Origin: an uncultured Desulfobulbaceae bacterium
GTDB taxonomy: Bacteria > Desulfobacterota > Desulfobulbia > Desulfobulbales > BM004
Reading direction: 5' to 3'
DNA: 64,000 nt
Assembly: GCA_947259115.1 (NCBI GenBank)
Contig: CAMYKS010000004.1
Span: forward strand, 2,810-66,809
Shown piece after piece: positions 17,921 to 27,377 of the stretch. Numbering within the stretch: position 1 is the stretch's first letter; the number at the start of each line of letters is the position of its first letter. The translations under genes and the position numbers were made by a program. The notes beneath the pieces were generated by a model. The model did no database searches, was not told the DNA's origin, and saw nothing but the letters and a program-made list of their open reading frames with translations.

Positions 17921-18937
17921 TTAATTCTTTGCATTCAGTTCATAAACCGCATCAATCAGATCGCCTCCGATAACATCACGAAATTCGTTATGCACCGGCT
18001 TGAAAGCCTTACGGAATGCATCTTTTTCAGCTTCGGTCAACTCGGTAACCTTGGTTGTACCAGCATCAATAATTTTTTGTTTCTGATCCATATTGATCTT
18101 GTAGGCATTTACCCTGATCCAAGCGGTAACTTCCTGGAGTATCGCTTCAAGTTCGGCCCGGACATCCTTGGGAAGATAGTTCCAGAACTGGGCGTTGGTG
18201 ACAACCATATAGCCAAGATAACCATGGTCGGTCCCTGTTATGTATTTCTGCACTTCATAGAATTTTTTGGAGTACATGTTGGACCAGGTATTCTCCTGAC
18301 CGTCAATAACGCCCTGCTCCAGAGCGGAATACACTTCAGAGAAAGGCATTACCAGCGGATTGCCGCCAACTGCATTGAACTGTGCTTCCAGAACCTTTGA
18401 TGACATGATCCTGTATTTCAGCCCGGCCATGTCAGCAGGCGTCTTGACCTCGCGGTTATTATTGCCGACCTGCTTGAAGCCGTTGTCCCACATGGCCAAA
18501 CCGAGCATATTTTTCTTGCCCAGCATCTTGTACAATTTCTTTCCTACTTTGCCATCTATGGTGTCATAAAGTGCATCACTGTTTTTGAACAGGAATGGCA
18601 GGTCAAAAAGCTGCAACTGTGGAACCCATGAGGTGAATTTCGCGGTAGAAGGTGCTGCCATCTCCACACTGCCGGTGCTCAGGGCATCCAACACTTTCCC
18701 ATCTGTATAAAGCTGGGAGTTAGGGAATACCTGTACTTCAACTTTGCCTGCAAGGCGCTCATTGGCCAGCTTGGCAAACATATCCGCCGCCTGGCCTTTC
18801 GGGGTATTGGGCGACACCACGTGGGAGAAGCGGATTTTGATCGGCGCTGCTGCGGCAGTACCAACCTGTGCCATGATCATGGCAAATCCAAGGACCATGG
18901 CCAAACCGATAGTTAAATGTTTTGATACTTTTTTCAT
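17921..18937 (-). CDS. dctP: TRAP transporter substrate-binding protein (DctP family)
   Basis: Signal peptide, IKIRFSHVVSPNTPKGQA, MAAPSTAKF, YRIMSSKVLEAQF, at 338 aa. Confidence 0.9.
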   Translation of the reverse strand: MKKVSKHLTIGLAMVLGFAMIMAQVGTAAAAPIKIRFSHVVSPNTPKGQAADMFAKLANERLAGKVEVQVFPNSQLYTDGKVLDALSTGSVEMAAPSTAKFTSWVPQLQLFDLPFLFKNSDALYDTIDGKVGKKLYKMLGKKNMLGLAMWDNGFKQVGNNNREVKTPADMAGLKYRIMSSKVLEAQFNAVGGNPLVMPFSEVYSALEQGVIDGQENTWSNMYSKKFYEVQKYITGTDHGYLGYMVVTNAQFWNYLPKDVRAELEAILQEVTAWIRVNAYKINMDQKQKIIDAGTTKVTELTEAEKDAFRKAFKPVHNEFRDVIGGDLIDAVYELNAKN

Positions 18938-19534
18938 GGGTAGAACCTCCTTAAAAATTGAAATGAAATAGGGAAAAATTACCTGCTGTTTTCAGGATTA
19001 TCACTTCTTGGGCATTTTCCTTTCTGGATGAATTGTGCAAAATTTCAACTTGTAAACTCTTGCAAACCCGTTCTAACAAAATATCTAATTCCTCATGTTT
19101 ATATATAGTGCCAATTACCTCTTTTTAAATCAATCCGGAGAATTCTGATTTTTCCGTAAGAATTTTTCTTACACCTTAATCCGTGAGCCGTTTGCTATAT
19201 CCCGGATTAAGAGAAGTGATCGCAGGAAGACTTTGAGGAAGAGTAGGTTCGACTATGGCTTTCCGAGTCGAACGAGGGAGAATATCCATTCTTGAAAATT
19301 AGGGAGTAGCCTGCGGCTCCGAAATACCCAGCAAGGGTGTATGTATAGGAATATTCAATGCTGCATGGTGAATACAAAGTTTGCCAGGCTCGTATAAAGG
19401 ACTCCGTCGACATATGCACCCGGAATCTTCATGTAATTAACCCCATTGATGAACGCTGGACTTTTCGAAGTCTGCGCTTATCTATAAATACAGGGTTCAA
19501 ACAATTTCAAATCATTTCCCATTAAGGATTCATA

Positions 19535-19568
19535 TAAAAAAAGCCCCTCTCAAAAAGAAGAGGGGCTT
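19535..19568 (-). terminator. rho-independent terminator
   Basis: 10-bp stem AAGCCCCTCT/AGAGGGGCTT with 8-nt loop, followed on the minus strand by TTTTT. It lies 40 bp downstream of the 19609 stop. Confidence 0.75.
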
Positions 19569-19608
19569 TACTGGATTCATTATGTTTATTTGTCTGAAAT
19601 TCTTCTTA

Positions 19609-19971
19609 TCACTTCTGTTTATAATCTTTCAAATCAATATCTATCTCTTTCTCCTGGATATCGATATCCTGTTCAACAAGGTTGTCGATGTTGATATCAT
19701 GCTCAACTATTGTTTTCAAGTTGGCTAACTGTTTGGTCCTATCCTTATCTGCCTTTTTATTGAGTCTATTTATCTCAGCGGTGAGATAATCACGGAACTC
19801 TTCAAGTTCCACCTTGGGGTTCTTGGCATACAACTTATTGTTAATATTCTTTAATTTCCGGGAAAGGCTGTCCAGCTCATCTTCCAGTTTTTCTATCTCC
19901 CCGTGCAATTCAACCCATTCATCTATTAATGCCAATTCTTTTTTTGTAATTTCCATAATCGTATCTCGCAT
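19609..19971 (-). CDS. hypothetical coiled-coil protein
   Basis: Heptad-rich, acidic and lysine-rich ORF bracketed by terminators. Start is ambiguous (19971 or 19956). Confidence 0.5.
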   Translation of the reverse strand: MRDTIMEITKKELALIDEWVELHGEIEKLEDELDSLSRKLKNINNKLYAKNPKVELEEFRDYLTAEINRLNKKADKDRTKQLANLKTIVEHDINIDNLVEQDIDIQEKEIDIDLKDYKQK

Positions 19972-20035
19972 TATTTCATAAAAAAATATTAATTTATCAC
20001 TGGCAGACTTCAGCAGGAAAGAGCTTTTATTGAAA

Positions 20036-20070
20036 ATAAGATAAAAGCCCCTTCTAGCAACAAAGGGGCT
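20036..20070 (-). terminator. rho-independent terminator
   Basis: Stem AGCCCCTT/AAGGGGCT (20046-20070), followed on the minus strand by TTTATCTTATTTT. Confidence 0.7.
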
Positions 20071-20119
20071 CTTATCTATATCTTAGCAAATTACAATTTT
20101 TTATTAAAATAACTCTATG

Positions 20120-21220
20120 TTACATCTGCTCCCAAAAGAAGTCTGTAAAGATATCTATAGTTCCATCATTATCCAAGTCGGTTTCTTCAGTTTCATCATT
20201 ACCATTACTATCATACGTATAGTAAGAAACCCGCTCAATTGCTCCACCTACAGGCTGGTCTCTTTCCATTGAGATCAAATTTTCATTACTGTCATAATAG
20301 TAGTACTTAACAGCATCAATTATTCCGTCAATATTCTCGTCAATTTCTTCAGTTACTGTATTTTGCATAATGTCAAAGGAAAAAGATGAAATCGTATCAA
20401 CCGTCCCATCATTATCCTCGTCTATCTCTAAAGTAGTCATTTTTCCACTGTTGTCGTCATAGGAGTATAGTTCAACATAATCAACTGTACCATTATTAAA
20501 TAAATCCTTCTCAACTCTTGTTCTGTTTCCATGCCAGTTTACAAAATAGTCAAAGTGTAAAAGATAATCAATTGGTCCAGCAAAGTATTGGTATACAACA
20601 TTATCAATTGTCCCATCATCATGATTGTCAATTTCTGCAGTCAGGATATGCTGGTTTGCATCATAGGAATAATAAGCAACATGTATAACACCTCCTGTAT
20701 GAAGCTCTTCAGTTTCAATTAAACCATTAACATCATAATTATAATATCGTGTACTTGAATTTGTTTGTTCAACACTTTGCACTTCAATTAATTTCCATGT
20801 ACCTGAAGAGGGAACAGTCGTTGTTGTCGTTGAAGTTGTACTTGTTGTTAGTGTGGTAGTTGTTGTGCCCCCCCCTGGGACTGTCGTGGAAGAGGTTCCA
20901 CCGGGGACCGTAGTGGTTGGGGAACCTCCGGGGACCGTCGTGGTTGGGGAGCCTCCGGGGATTGTCGTGGACGTTGTTGTGGATGTTGTAGTGGTAGTAG
21001 TCGTTGTCGTTGTTGTGGTCGAAGTCGTGGTCGAGGTAGTGGTCGTTGTTGAGGTCGTTGTAGTTGGGGAGCCTTTGGGGACGGTTGTGGTTGTAGTAGC
21101 GGAAACTCCGGGGAGGGTCGTGGTCGTTGGCAAAGTTTTTTTCTTATTACTGCCGCCGTGACACCCCCCTAAAAGTAAAACTATAAAAAATAATATGAAT
21201 AATTTAAGTTTTGCCTTCAT
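20120..21220 (-). CDS. lipoprotein with ~110-aa poly-Thr/Ser linker and five YxYD..DxDxDGxxD repeats
   Basis: MKAKLKLFILFFIVLLLGGC lipobox. Linker contains TTTTTSTTTTTSTTTSTTTTTTTTTTTT with 3 x (V/I)PGG(S/T)xTTT. C-terminal half has five ~35-aa modules (YSYDANQ..DNHDDGTIDNV; YSYDDNSG..DEDNDGTVDTI; ..DENIDGIIDAV; YYYDSNEN; YTYDSNGN..DLDNDGTIDIF). An alternative start lies at 21232. Confidence 0.75.
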   Translation of the reverse strand: MKAKLKLFILFFIVLLLGGCHGGSNKKKTLPTTTTLPGVSATTTTTVPKGSPTTTTSTTTTTSTTTSTTTTTTTTTTTTSTTTSTTIPGGSPTTTVPGGSPTTTVPGGTSSTTVPGGGTTTTTLTTSTTSTTTTTVPSSGTWKLIEVQSVEQTNSSTRYYNYDVNGLIETEELHTGGVIHVAYYSYDANQHILTAEIDNHDDGTIDNVVYQYFAGPIDYLLHFDYFVNWHGNRTRVEKDLFNNGTVDYVELYSYDDNSGKMTTLEIDEDNDGTVDTISSFSFDIMQNTVTEEIDENIDGIIDAVKYYYYDSNENLISMERDQPVGGAIERVSYYTYDSNGNDETEETDLDNDGTIDIFTDFFWEQM

Positions 21221-21655
21221 TTGAAAATCCATTTTTATAAAAAACAAGATGTTTCTCCTTCTTAAAAAAAGAGGCAAAATTGATACCATTCTTAAATAAA
21301 ACGGTTATATTATAAAATATTTACAGAATAATTTACATGTTTTTTTCATATTGCTTACTTTGAATAATGTTTGGGGGTTACAGAAAATGCCCCATTGAAT
21401 GAAATACCTCGGAGCTTGCCGCGGGGTATTACCCCTTAAGATAGAATGAAAAATTCATAACGCCCCCTCTGGTTTGACCAGGCTTCTCATATCGACTGGA
21501 CCAAGAAGCGATCCAAAAAACACTAGGGTATGGTATGAATAGAGAATGGGAACTTACAGAGTTAGTATTTCAACAATCAACCTTCTCAGAGGATATGCCA
21601 ACTGCTTTCTTACCTGGGAACCCTCCAAAAAATCAGACTACAACCATCCTTGACG

Positions 21656-22294
21656 TTAGGCGTCAATAAGTTTGTTCTGCATGGCAAAGCGGGATATCTC
21701 AGCGTTATTGCGCAGGTTCAATTTTTTGAGCAACCGTAAACGATAGGTGTCCACAGTTTTTATGCTGATGCCGTAGGCCTCGGCTATTTCATGGTTGGTA
21801 TGCCCCATGGCCAGACGACGGAGCACCTGCAGTTCCCTGTTTGAGAGTGAGTCCAACGTAGATTTGCCTCCCGTTCCCCTGGCAATCCTCAGGGCAAGTG
21901 CTTCACTGGCCTCTGCAGTAAGATACCTGTTTCCTCCTGCAACCTGATGAATGGCCTTGACAATATGCTCAGGCGCAGAGCGTTTGGTGACATATCCCAT
22001 GGCTCCGGCCTCAATGGCCCGCACCACATACTGTTCCTCCTCATGCATGGTCAGTATAATAACAGGCAGACCCGGCAGGTATATTTTCAGTTGACTGACA
22101 ACTTCGAGTCCGTCCATTCCGGGCATGGAGATATCGATGACAGCCGCATCAGGATTTTTTTCCCGGGCAAGCTGAATAGCGGTTCTGCCGTCATCTGCCT
22201 CGGCAATGACCTCAATATCCGGGCTCTCTTCAATAATGCGGCGCAGACCGGCCCGCACTATGGAATGATCATCGGCAAGCAGCACTTTTATCAT
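21656..22294 (-). CDS. NarL/LuxR-family response regulator
   Basis: MIKVLLADDH, DISMPGMDG, C-terminal LuxR HTH (LSNRELQVLRRLAMGHTNHEIAEAYGISIKTVDTYR). AAAGGAG lies upstream of the ATG at 22294. Confidence 0.9.
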   Translation of the reverse strand: MIKVLLADDHSIVRAGLRRIIEESPDIEVIAEADDGRTAIQLAREKNPDAAVIDISMPGMDGLEVVSQLKIYLPGLPVIILTMHEEEQYVVRAIEAGAMGYVTKRSAPEHIVKAIHQVAGGNRYLTAEASEALALRIARGTGGKSTLDSLSNRELQVLRRLAMGHTNHEIAEAYGISIKTVDTYRLRLLKKLNLRNNAEISRFAMQNKLIDA

Positions 22295-22569
22295 CCTGTC
22301 TCCTTTGCAGCACCCTGAGTTCCTGAACTGTCGGGCTTCATAATCGAGGAAGAATCGTTTCGGCCCTGGTTTCCCATGCCCCACCGTTCACACCCTTTCA
22401 GGGCATTAGTTTCAGTATCCCGATGAGGGGTCTAAAGGCATGAAAAGGGGTGCATGCAACGGCCCCCGAAGGGGAGTCGTAACGAAATTACACGTTCAAT
22501 ATAAATTCTAAAGCCGCTTCTCCATTAACAGTATTAGAAATGTTCTCAGAAAGCGAAGGCAATATTCCG

Positions 22570-25032
22570 TCACGAGTTCAGATTCCTGCTGATCGGAGCC
22601 CTAAACATCACATGGCATCCCCTACCCTTTTCAGACATAACTTCCAGTTTACCGCCGGCAAGTGCCGCCCGTTCCCGCATGCCTGCAATACCGACCCCTT
22701 CAAATTCCGCCAGCCCGGAGATATCAAAACCTTTGCCATCATCCCTGACCGAAAGATTCAGTATGTTCCCCTCCGCTTGCAAAACAACAGACACCCGGCC
22801 TGCTTCTGCATATCGTGCCACATTTGTCAGGGCTTCCTGGCAGATTCTGTAAGCTGCAGTGGAGACGGTTTCATTTATTGCCGGGACATTTTCATGTTCA
22901 AAAACGCATGTAATGCCGCTACGGTTTTCAAAATCGCTGGTCAGCCACTCCAGTGCATCTACAAGTCCCAAATCATCCAGTACTCCGGGGCGCAGCCGGA
23001 TGGCTATGGAACGCACGTCTTTTATGGTGTTATCGATCAGGTCACACATTGTCAAGGCGCGTTCAGCAGTTTTTGGATCGCTTTCTTTCAGGCGTTCCTG
23101 CATCCAGACCGCATCCATGCGCAAAGCGGTCAGCACCTGACCCAACTCATCATGCAGTTCGCGCGCTATGGCGGTGCGCTCTTTTTCCTGGCTGGCCATT
23201 ATACTTCCGGAAAGACGCCTCAATTGGTTCTGCGCCTTCTTTACAGCGGTAATATCTGTGGATATGGAGCACACCCCGTTGATAGCTCCTGTTTCATCAT
23301 ATACCGGGAATTTAACCGACAGGTAGGTATGGATCTCACCATTTTGGACCACGCGTTCCTCAACCTGCATTGATTTGTCTTCCTGCAGAACCTTGCGATC
23401 ATTTATACGAAATTCATCGGCAACCTCTTTTGCCATAATTTCGTAATCGGTTTTTCCGCGAACTTCTTCGTTGCTGACCCCAAACAAATCCTCAAATCTG
23501 GAGTTGACCAGGATATACCTACCATCTCTGTCCTTGACGTACACAACATCGGGCGTATACTTCAGAATGTTGGTAATCTCCCTGGTACGGATACTGACCT
23601 GTCTTTCCAGGTCTTTGGAATAACTGGAAAGCTCCTCCTTGGCTAGTCTGAGGGCCTCAACTGCCCTGTTCCTCTCAGTGACATCGATTAATACGGCAAG
23701 GGTTCTGAAAATTTCGCCGGTCTCATCACGTTCTCCAATGGCAGAGAGAAGAATATCGATTGCCTGACCATCCTTTTTTTGGATCTGGTAGGGAATATCG
23801 GTGCAAAAGCCTTTCTTGAAAAACTCGGGAAAAACGACAAGCTCTGCGTATTGCTTCGATTCTTCCGTAAAAAAATCCGTCAGTTTTTTACCGATAACCT
23901 CCTGCTCGCTGTAACCGAGCATTTCACTCCAGTAATTACTGACACTGACAATTTCACCATTCCTGTTGATGGAATGGAGCATGGCCGGAGTATTATGATA
24001 CAGAGAACGGTAGCGCTTATCACTTTCCCGCAATGCCTCTTCAGCGGCCCGTCGCTGTCTGATCTCCAGGCTGGCCTGCCTGTACAGCATCAGTACTGAC
24101 ATCCCGAGGACCACAAATAAGGCAAGAACAATAGGACGTACAAATACAACGAGCGGTTTGAAAGCCTCCTGGGATATTTTTTTCATGTCCAGCAAATGCA
24201 TGACCTTCCAACCCGGATAGTTATCCAGATCAATTTCATGCAGGAGAAACCTGATACCGTTTTCGGTCACTGCATATTCTTCTGCAGATTTCTTAAGCCC
24301 CGTCCATTCCCAGGGACCGTTGCCAAACTGTCTTGAAGAGGCGAGCTCCGCCGTCAATTCTTCTGAAATGTCCCAGGCCGTATGATAGAGCCAGTCCTGC
24401 CGGTTCGATATAAAGATGAAACCATTGGGATCGGTCACCAGTACTATTTCATCCTCAATAAATCCAATCTCCCTCTCTATCTGCTCAATAGAGCCCTTAA
24501 TAACTACAATACCTATTGGAGATTCCTCACTGTATTCATAGATAGGGAAGCTGAAATAGACACCCCTTTTCCCCGAGGTGGAGCCCAACGCCATATAGTT
24601 GGCAGGGTTGCCACGTATTGCCTCTTGAAAATATGGGCGAAAGGAAAAATTCTGCCCCACAAAACTGTCAGGATCATTACGGTTGCTTGAGGCAATTGTC
24701 TTGCCCTCATAATCCATGAGGTAGCAAACGTCCGCCTGCAGGGTATTTCTAAAATGATCCAGAATACGATTGGCAGCCAATAAGGATTCAGAATCTGGGT
24801 TGCTGAATAACTCATGAAGTTCATTCATTCCTGCAAGGGTCCGAACCGGTTTTTTATACTCTGAAAGAAGGGTTGTCAGATTTTTATTGATACGTTCCAG
24901 GCGGATAAGGGTCTCGCTTTCAGCTTCCCTGAAAGCCGCCTCCTTAAAAGAAGTATAATAAAAATAACTTCCGGCAGAGGCAAAAACAAGTGCCATGAGC
25001 GAGAGTATGAGTAGAATCAAACGGAGTTTCAT
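22570..25032 (-). CDS. sensor histidine kinase: periplasmic Cache/DctB-like domain, two PAS domains, HisKA_3, HATPase
   Basis: TM1, ~280-aa periplasmic region with FSFRPYFQEA..YFSFPIY (Cache-type), TM2, PAS repeats, H-box ARELHDELGQVLTAL (HisKA_3) and GIAGMRERA. Located next to the NarL-type regulator. Confidence 0.85.
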   Translation of the reverse strand: MKLRLILLILSLMALVFASAGSYFYYTSFKEAAFREAESETLIRLERINKNLTTLLSEYKKPVRTLAGMNELHELFSNPDSESLLAANRILDHFRNTLQADVCYLMDYEGKTIASSNRNDPDSFVGQNFSFRPYFQEAIRGNPANYMALGSTSGKRGVYFSFPIYEYSEESPIGIVVIKGSIEQIEREIGFIEDEIVLVTDPNGFIFISNRQDWLYHTAWDISEELTAELASSRQFGNGPWEWTGLKKSAEEYAVTENGIRFLLHEIDLDNYPGWKVMHLLDMKKISQEAFKPLVVFVRPIVLALFVVLGMSVLMLYRQASLEIRQRRAAEEALRESDKRYRSLYHNTPAMLHSINRNGEIVSVSNYWSEMLGYSEQEVIGKKLTDFFTEESKQYAELVVFPEFFKKGFCTDIPYQIQKKDGQAIDILLSAIGERDETGEIFRTLAVLIDVTERNRAVEALRLAKEELSSYSKDLERQVSIRTREITNILKYTPDVVYVKDRDGRYILVNSRFEDLFGVSNEEVRGKTDYEIMAKEVADEFRINDRKVLQEDKSMQVEERVVQNGEIHTYLSVKFPVYDETGAINGVCSISTDITAVKKAQNQLRRLSGSIMASQEKERTAIARELHDELGQVLTALRMDAVWMQERLKESDPKTAERALTMCDLIDNTIKDVRSIAIRLRPGVLDDLGLVDALEWLTSDFENRSGITCVFEHENVPAINETVSTAAYRICQEALTNVARYAEAGRVSVVLQAEGNILNLSVRDDGKGFDISGLAEFEGVGIAGMRERAALAGGKLEVMSEKGRGCHVMFRAPISRNLNS

Positions 25033-25095
25033 CTCTGACTTTTCCTCTGGTTACCGGGCATGCAAAGCTGGTACAGATCCTGTGTACAGTAAAGG

Positions 25096-26832
25096 CTATA
25101 CTGGAACCAGGGGGAGATATTGGGGCTCCCAGCGCATTTTTTCAATCAGTGTTTGCAAGCGTTCGGGATCATTCCTGTGTTTGAATTTGCTGAAAGCACA
25201 GGGGCCGCTCACGTTATCACGTAAGGCGGCAAGGCCAACGGCCAGAGCAACACTGGAACTCACCTCCTTAAGCTCATCCACGCGCGGCATAAGGATACCG
25301 GCTTTAAGATCCTCCCGTGAAACCATTTCTGCAACCGCCTTTGCCCCTGCCGTAAAAAAAGAAGGCAGTACTTCCTTTGCACCTGATGCCAGGGTGCCGA
25401 GTCCTACCCCGGGAAAGATAAAGACATTGTTACATTGCCCAATCCTTATTTCCTTTTCTCCCAGCTTTACACGGGGGAAAGGGCTGCCTGTGGCAACCAA
25501 GGCTCTCCCTGCGGTCCACTGGTAAATATCCTCCGGCAGGGCCTCTGCCTTATCGGTGGGATTGGAAAGGGGCAGGATAACCGGACGTTCGCAGTTAGAG
25601 GCCATAGCCTCAACCACCTCACGGGTAAAGCAACCGGCCTGCCCGGAAGTCCCTATCAATACAGTGACTCCGGCATGCTTCACGGCTTCAAGCAGGGCAT
25701 TATCACCCGGCTCCTGCAGCCAGTTCATTGCCACAGGATTCTTGGCATATTTGGCCTTGTAGGGCTCAACCATTCTGTCCGACGTGACAACACCCCGGCT
25801 GTCCAGGGTAAATATCCTTCTCCTGGCCTCACTTTCGCGCAGTCCATGTTCGATAAGGGCTACCTCTATCTGCTCGGCAATACCAATACCTCCGGCCCCG
25901 GCACCATGAACGAGATAAACCTGGTCCTCTATCTTCTCTCCCTTAATTTTCATGGCCGCAAAAATGGCTGCCAGGGTCACTGCGCCGGTTCCCTGGATGT
26001 CATCATTAAATGAAATTAGATCATGCAGATAGGCATCCCTGACCGCAAAGGCATTCTGCTTGGAGAAATCCTCCCACTGGCAGAGGGCATGGGGGAAAAC
26101 CGCTTTGAAGGCTTTGGCAAACTGCTGCATGAATTTGACATACTCGGAACCCCTCACCCTGCGATGGCGCCAGCCGAGGTATTCTTCGTTATCCAGCAAT
26201 GCCTGGTTGTCGGTGCCGACGTCAAGGGAAATGGGCAGGCAGTGCCACGGGGCGATGCCTGCTCCCTGGGTGTAGAGCATAAGTTTTCCGAGGCAAATGG
26301 CAATGCCTCCTGCACCCTGGTCCCCGATTCCCAGAATTCCCTGGTTGTCAGTCACCACGGCAACACGTATATCGCGGTGTCCGTAACGGCGCAGTATGTC
26401 CTCCGCGTTATCAATATTTCCCGGGTAGAGATGCACGCCGTTTGCGGAGCGGAACAGGGAAGAATATTGCTGACAGGCAAGCCCCACGGTCGGCGTATAG
26501 ATTATTTCCATGAATTGGGAAATGTCGGTGGCAATAACTGCATGGGCCAGGGTTACATTGCGGTCAAACAGAGAACGCATATAGATATAACGCTCAATAT
26601 CGTCCTCCTTCTTGAGAACTTTTTCCCGGCTGTTCTTTACCTGTTGCTGAAGAGGCCTTACCGCCGGCGGCAGCCCACCGTCTATACCAAGATTTCGTCT
26701 CTCTTCTTCTGTAAATCCGGTACCCTTGTTGACATAATTATTGCCATGTACCCCAATACCACGGGTGTGTACTTTAATTTCAGTTGTGTTGCCATATTCG
26801 TCATAGACAAATTTATAACTTTTCGCAGGCAT
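25096..26832 (-). CDS. maeA: NAD(P)-dependent malic enzyme (large form)
   Basis: VNKGTGFTEEERRNLGIDGGLPP, YTPTVGLACQ, VTDNQGILGIGDQGAGGIAI, GAGAGGIGIA, SNPT. GGAGGA lies 7 nt upstream of the ATG at 26832; the ORF-track GTG is at 26856. Confidence 0.9.
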   Translation of the reverse strand: MPAKSYKFVYDEYGNTTEIKVHTRGIGVHGNNYVNKGTGFTEEERRNLGIDGGLPPAVRPLQQQVKNSREKVLKKEDDIERYIYMRSLFDRNVTLAHAVIATDISQFMEIIYTPTVGLACQQYSSLFRSANGVHLYPGNIDNAEDILRRYGHRDIRVAVVTDNQGILGIGDQGAGGIAICLGKLMLYTQGAGIAPWHCLPISLDVGTDNQALLDNEEYLGWRHRRVRGSEYVKFMQQFAKAFKAVFPHALCQWEDFSKQNAFAVRDAYLHDLISFNDDIQGTGAVTLAAIFAAMKIKGEKIEDQVYLVHGAGAGGIGIAEQIEVALIEHGLRESEARRRIFTLDSRGVVTSDRMVEPYKAKYAKNPVAMNWLQEPGDNALLEAVKHAGVTVLIGTSGQAGCFTREVVEAMASNCERPVILPLSNPTDKAEALPEDIYQWTAGRALVATGSPFPRVKLGEKEIRIGQCNNVFIFPGVGLGTLASGAKEVLPSFFTAGAKAVAEMVSREDLKAGILMPRVDELKEVSSSVALAVGLAALRDNVSGPCAFSKFKHRNDPERLQTLIEKMRWEPQYLPLVPV

Positions 26833-27053
26833 TAAATTTTCCTCCATATCAAGCACTTACCAGCAAAAATACCCCACATTTCTACTGTGCCGTTTACCAT
26901 ACTGCAGCAAAATCGGAAACTTAAAAAATTTTGTGCCTGTGTCTCTGGTCCTGTTTTTTCCGAAAAACCATCGACAAAACCCAATGATTCCGGTAAGATT
27001 TCAACTGAATTATATTTAGTTACCTAAATTGATATCCCCCAGCAGGTCTTTGC

Positions 27054-27377
27054 ATGCCCAAACACAAATCAAAAAACAAACCCATAGCAGACCCTGCAAA
27101 CCATTCTGACAATTACTGGGAAATTAAAGAATCCCTGGAAAAGGAAGGGAAGCGACTTTTTGTGCAGAAAATATTTGCCGACTGGTGCAAGTCCTGCGGT
27201 ATCTGTGTTGAATTCTGTCCTGCAGGTGTTTTCGAAAAAAGTAAAAACTCCATACCGGTCATACATAATCCGGATGCATGTACAGGTTGCAGATTCTGTG
27301 AATTTCACTGCCCTGATTTCGCCATATCCATCCAAGAGCGTTACCCTGACAGGAGAAAGAAGAAAAATGGCGCCTGA
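27054..27377 (+). CDS. korD: 2-oxoglutarate:ferredoxin oxidoreductase delta (2x[4Fe-4S] ferredoxin) subunit
   Basis: CKSCGICVEFCP and CTGCRFCEFHCP clusters. First gene of a delta-alpha-beta-gamma operon, the OorDABC/KorDABC order. Confidence 0.8.
   Translation: MPKHKSKNKPIADPANHSDNYWEIKESLEKEGKRLFVQKIFADWCKSCGICVEFCPAGVFEKSKNSIPVIHNPDACTGCRFCEFHCPDFAISIQERYPDRRKKKNGA

Noticed and set aside
19100-19116. TGGCAC on the minus strand upstream of dctP as a sigma54 promoter.
   Set aside because: The -12 region reads ATAA rather than TTGC, so it is not a credible sigma54 promoter.
19207-19419. 70-aa minus-strand ORF with a Tyr/Ser/Gly-rich, beta-barrel-like composition upstream of dctP.
   Set aside because: No start context, no signal peptide and no motif. 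It may be a degraded porin fragment, but I cannot support that from the sequence alone.
21418-21434. 17-mer GCCGCGGGGTATTACCC shared exactly with 53621-53637, plus a related CAAGCCACGGGGTAT at ~53516.
   Set aside because: The repeat is real but short. Flanks do not align and I see no consistent structure beyond weak hairpins. It is probably a minor REP-like motif and is noted only for a genome-wide count.
22540-23373. Long antisense ORFs inside well-supported genes: 22540-23373 (+), 26023-26835 (+), 31954-32865 (-), 41211-42116 (+), 53852-54634 (+), 39556-40263 (+), 38566-39213 (+), 42594-43274 (+).
   Set aside because: Each lies entirely opposite a CDS with clear family motifs. Their translations are low-complexity or motif-free, and no RBS or independent signal was seen. 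They are shadow ORFs.
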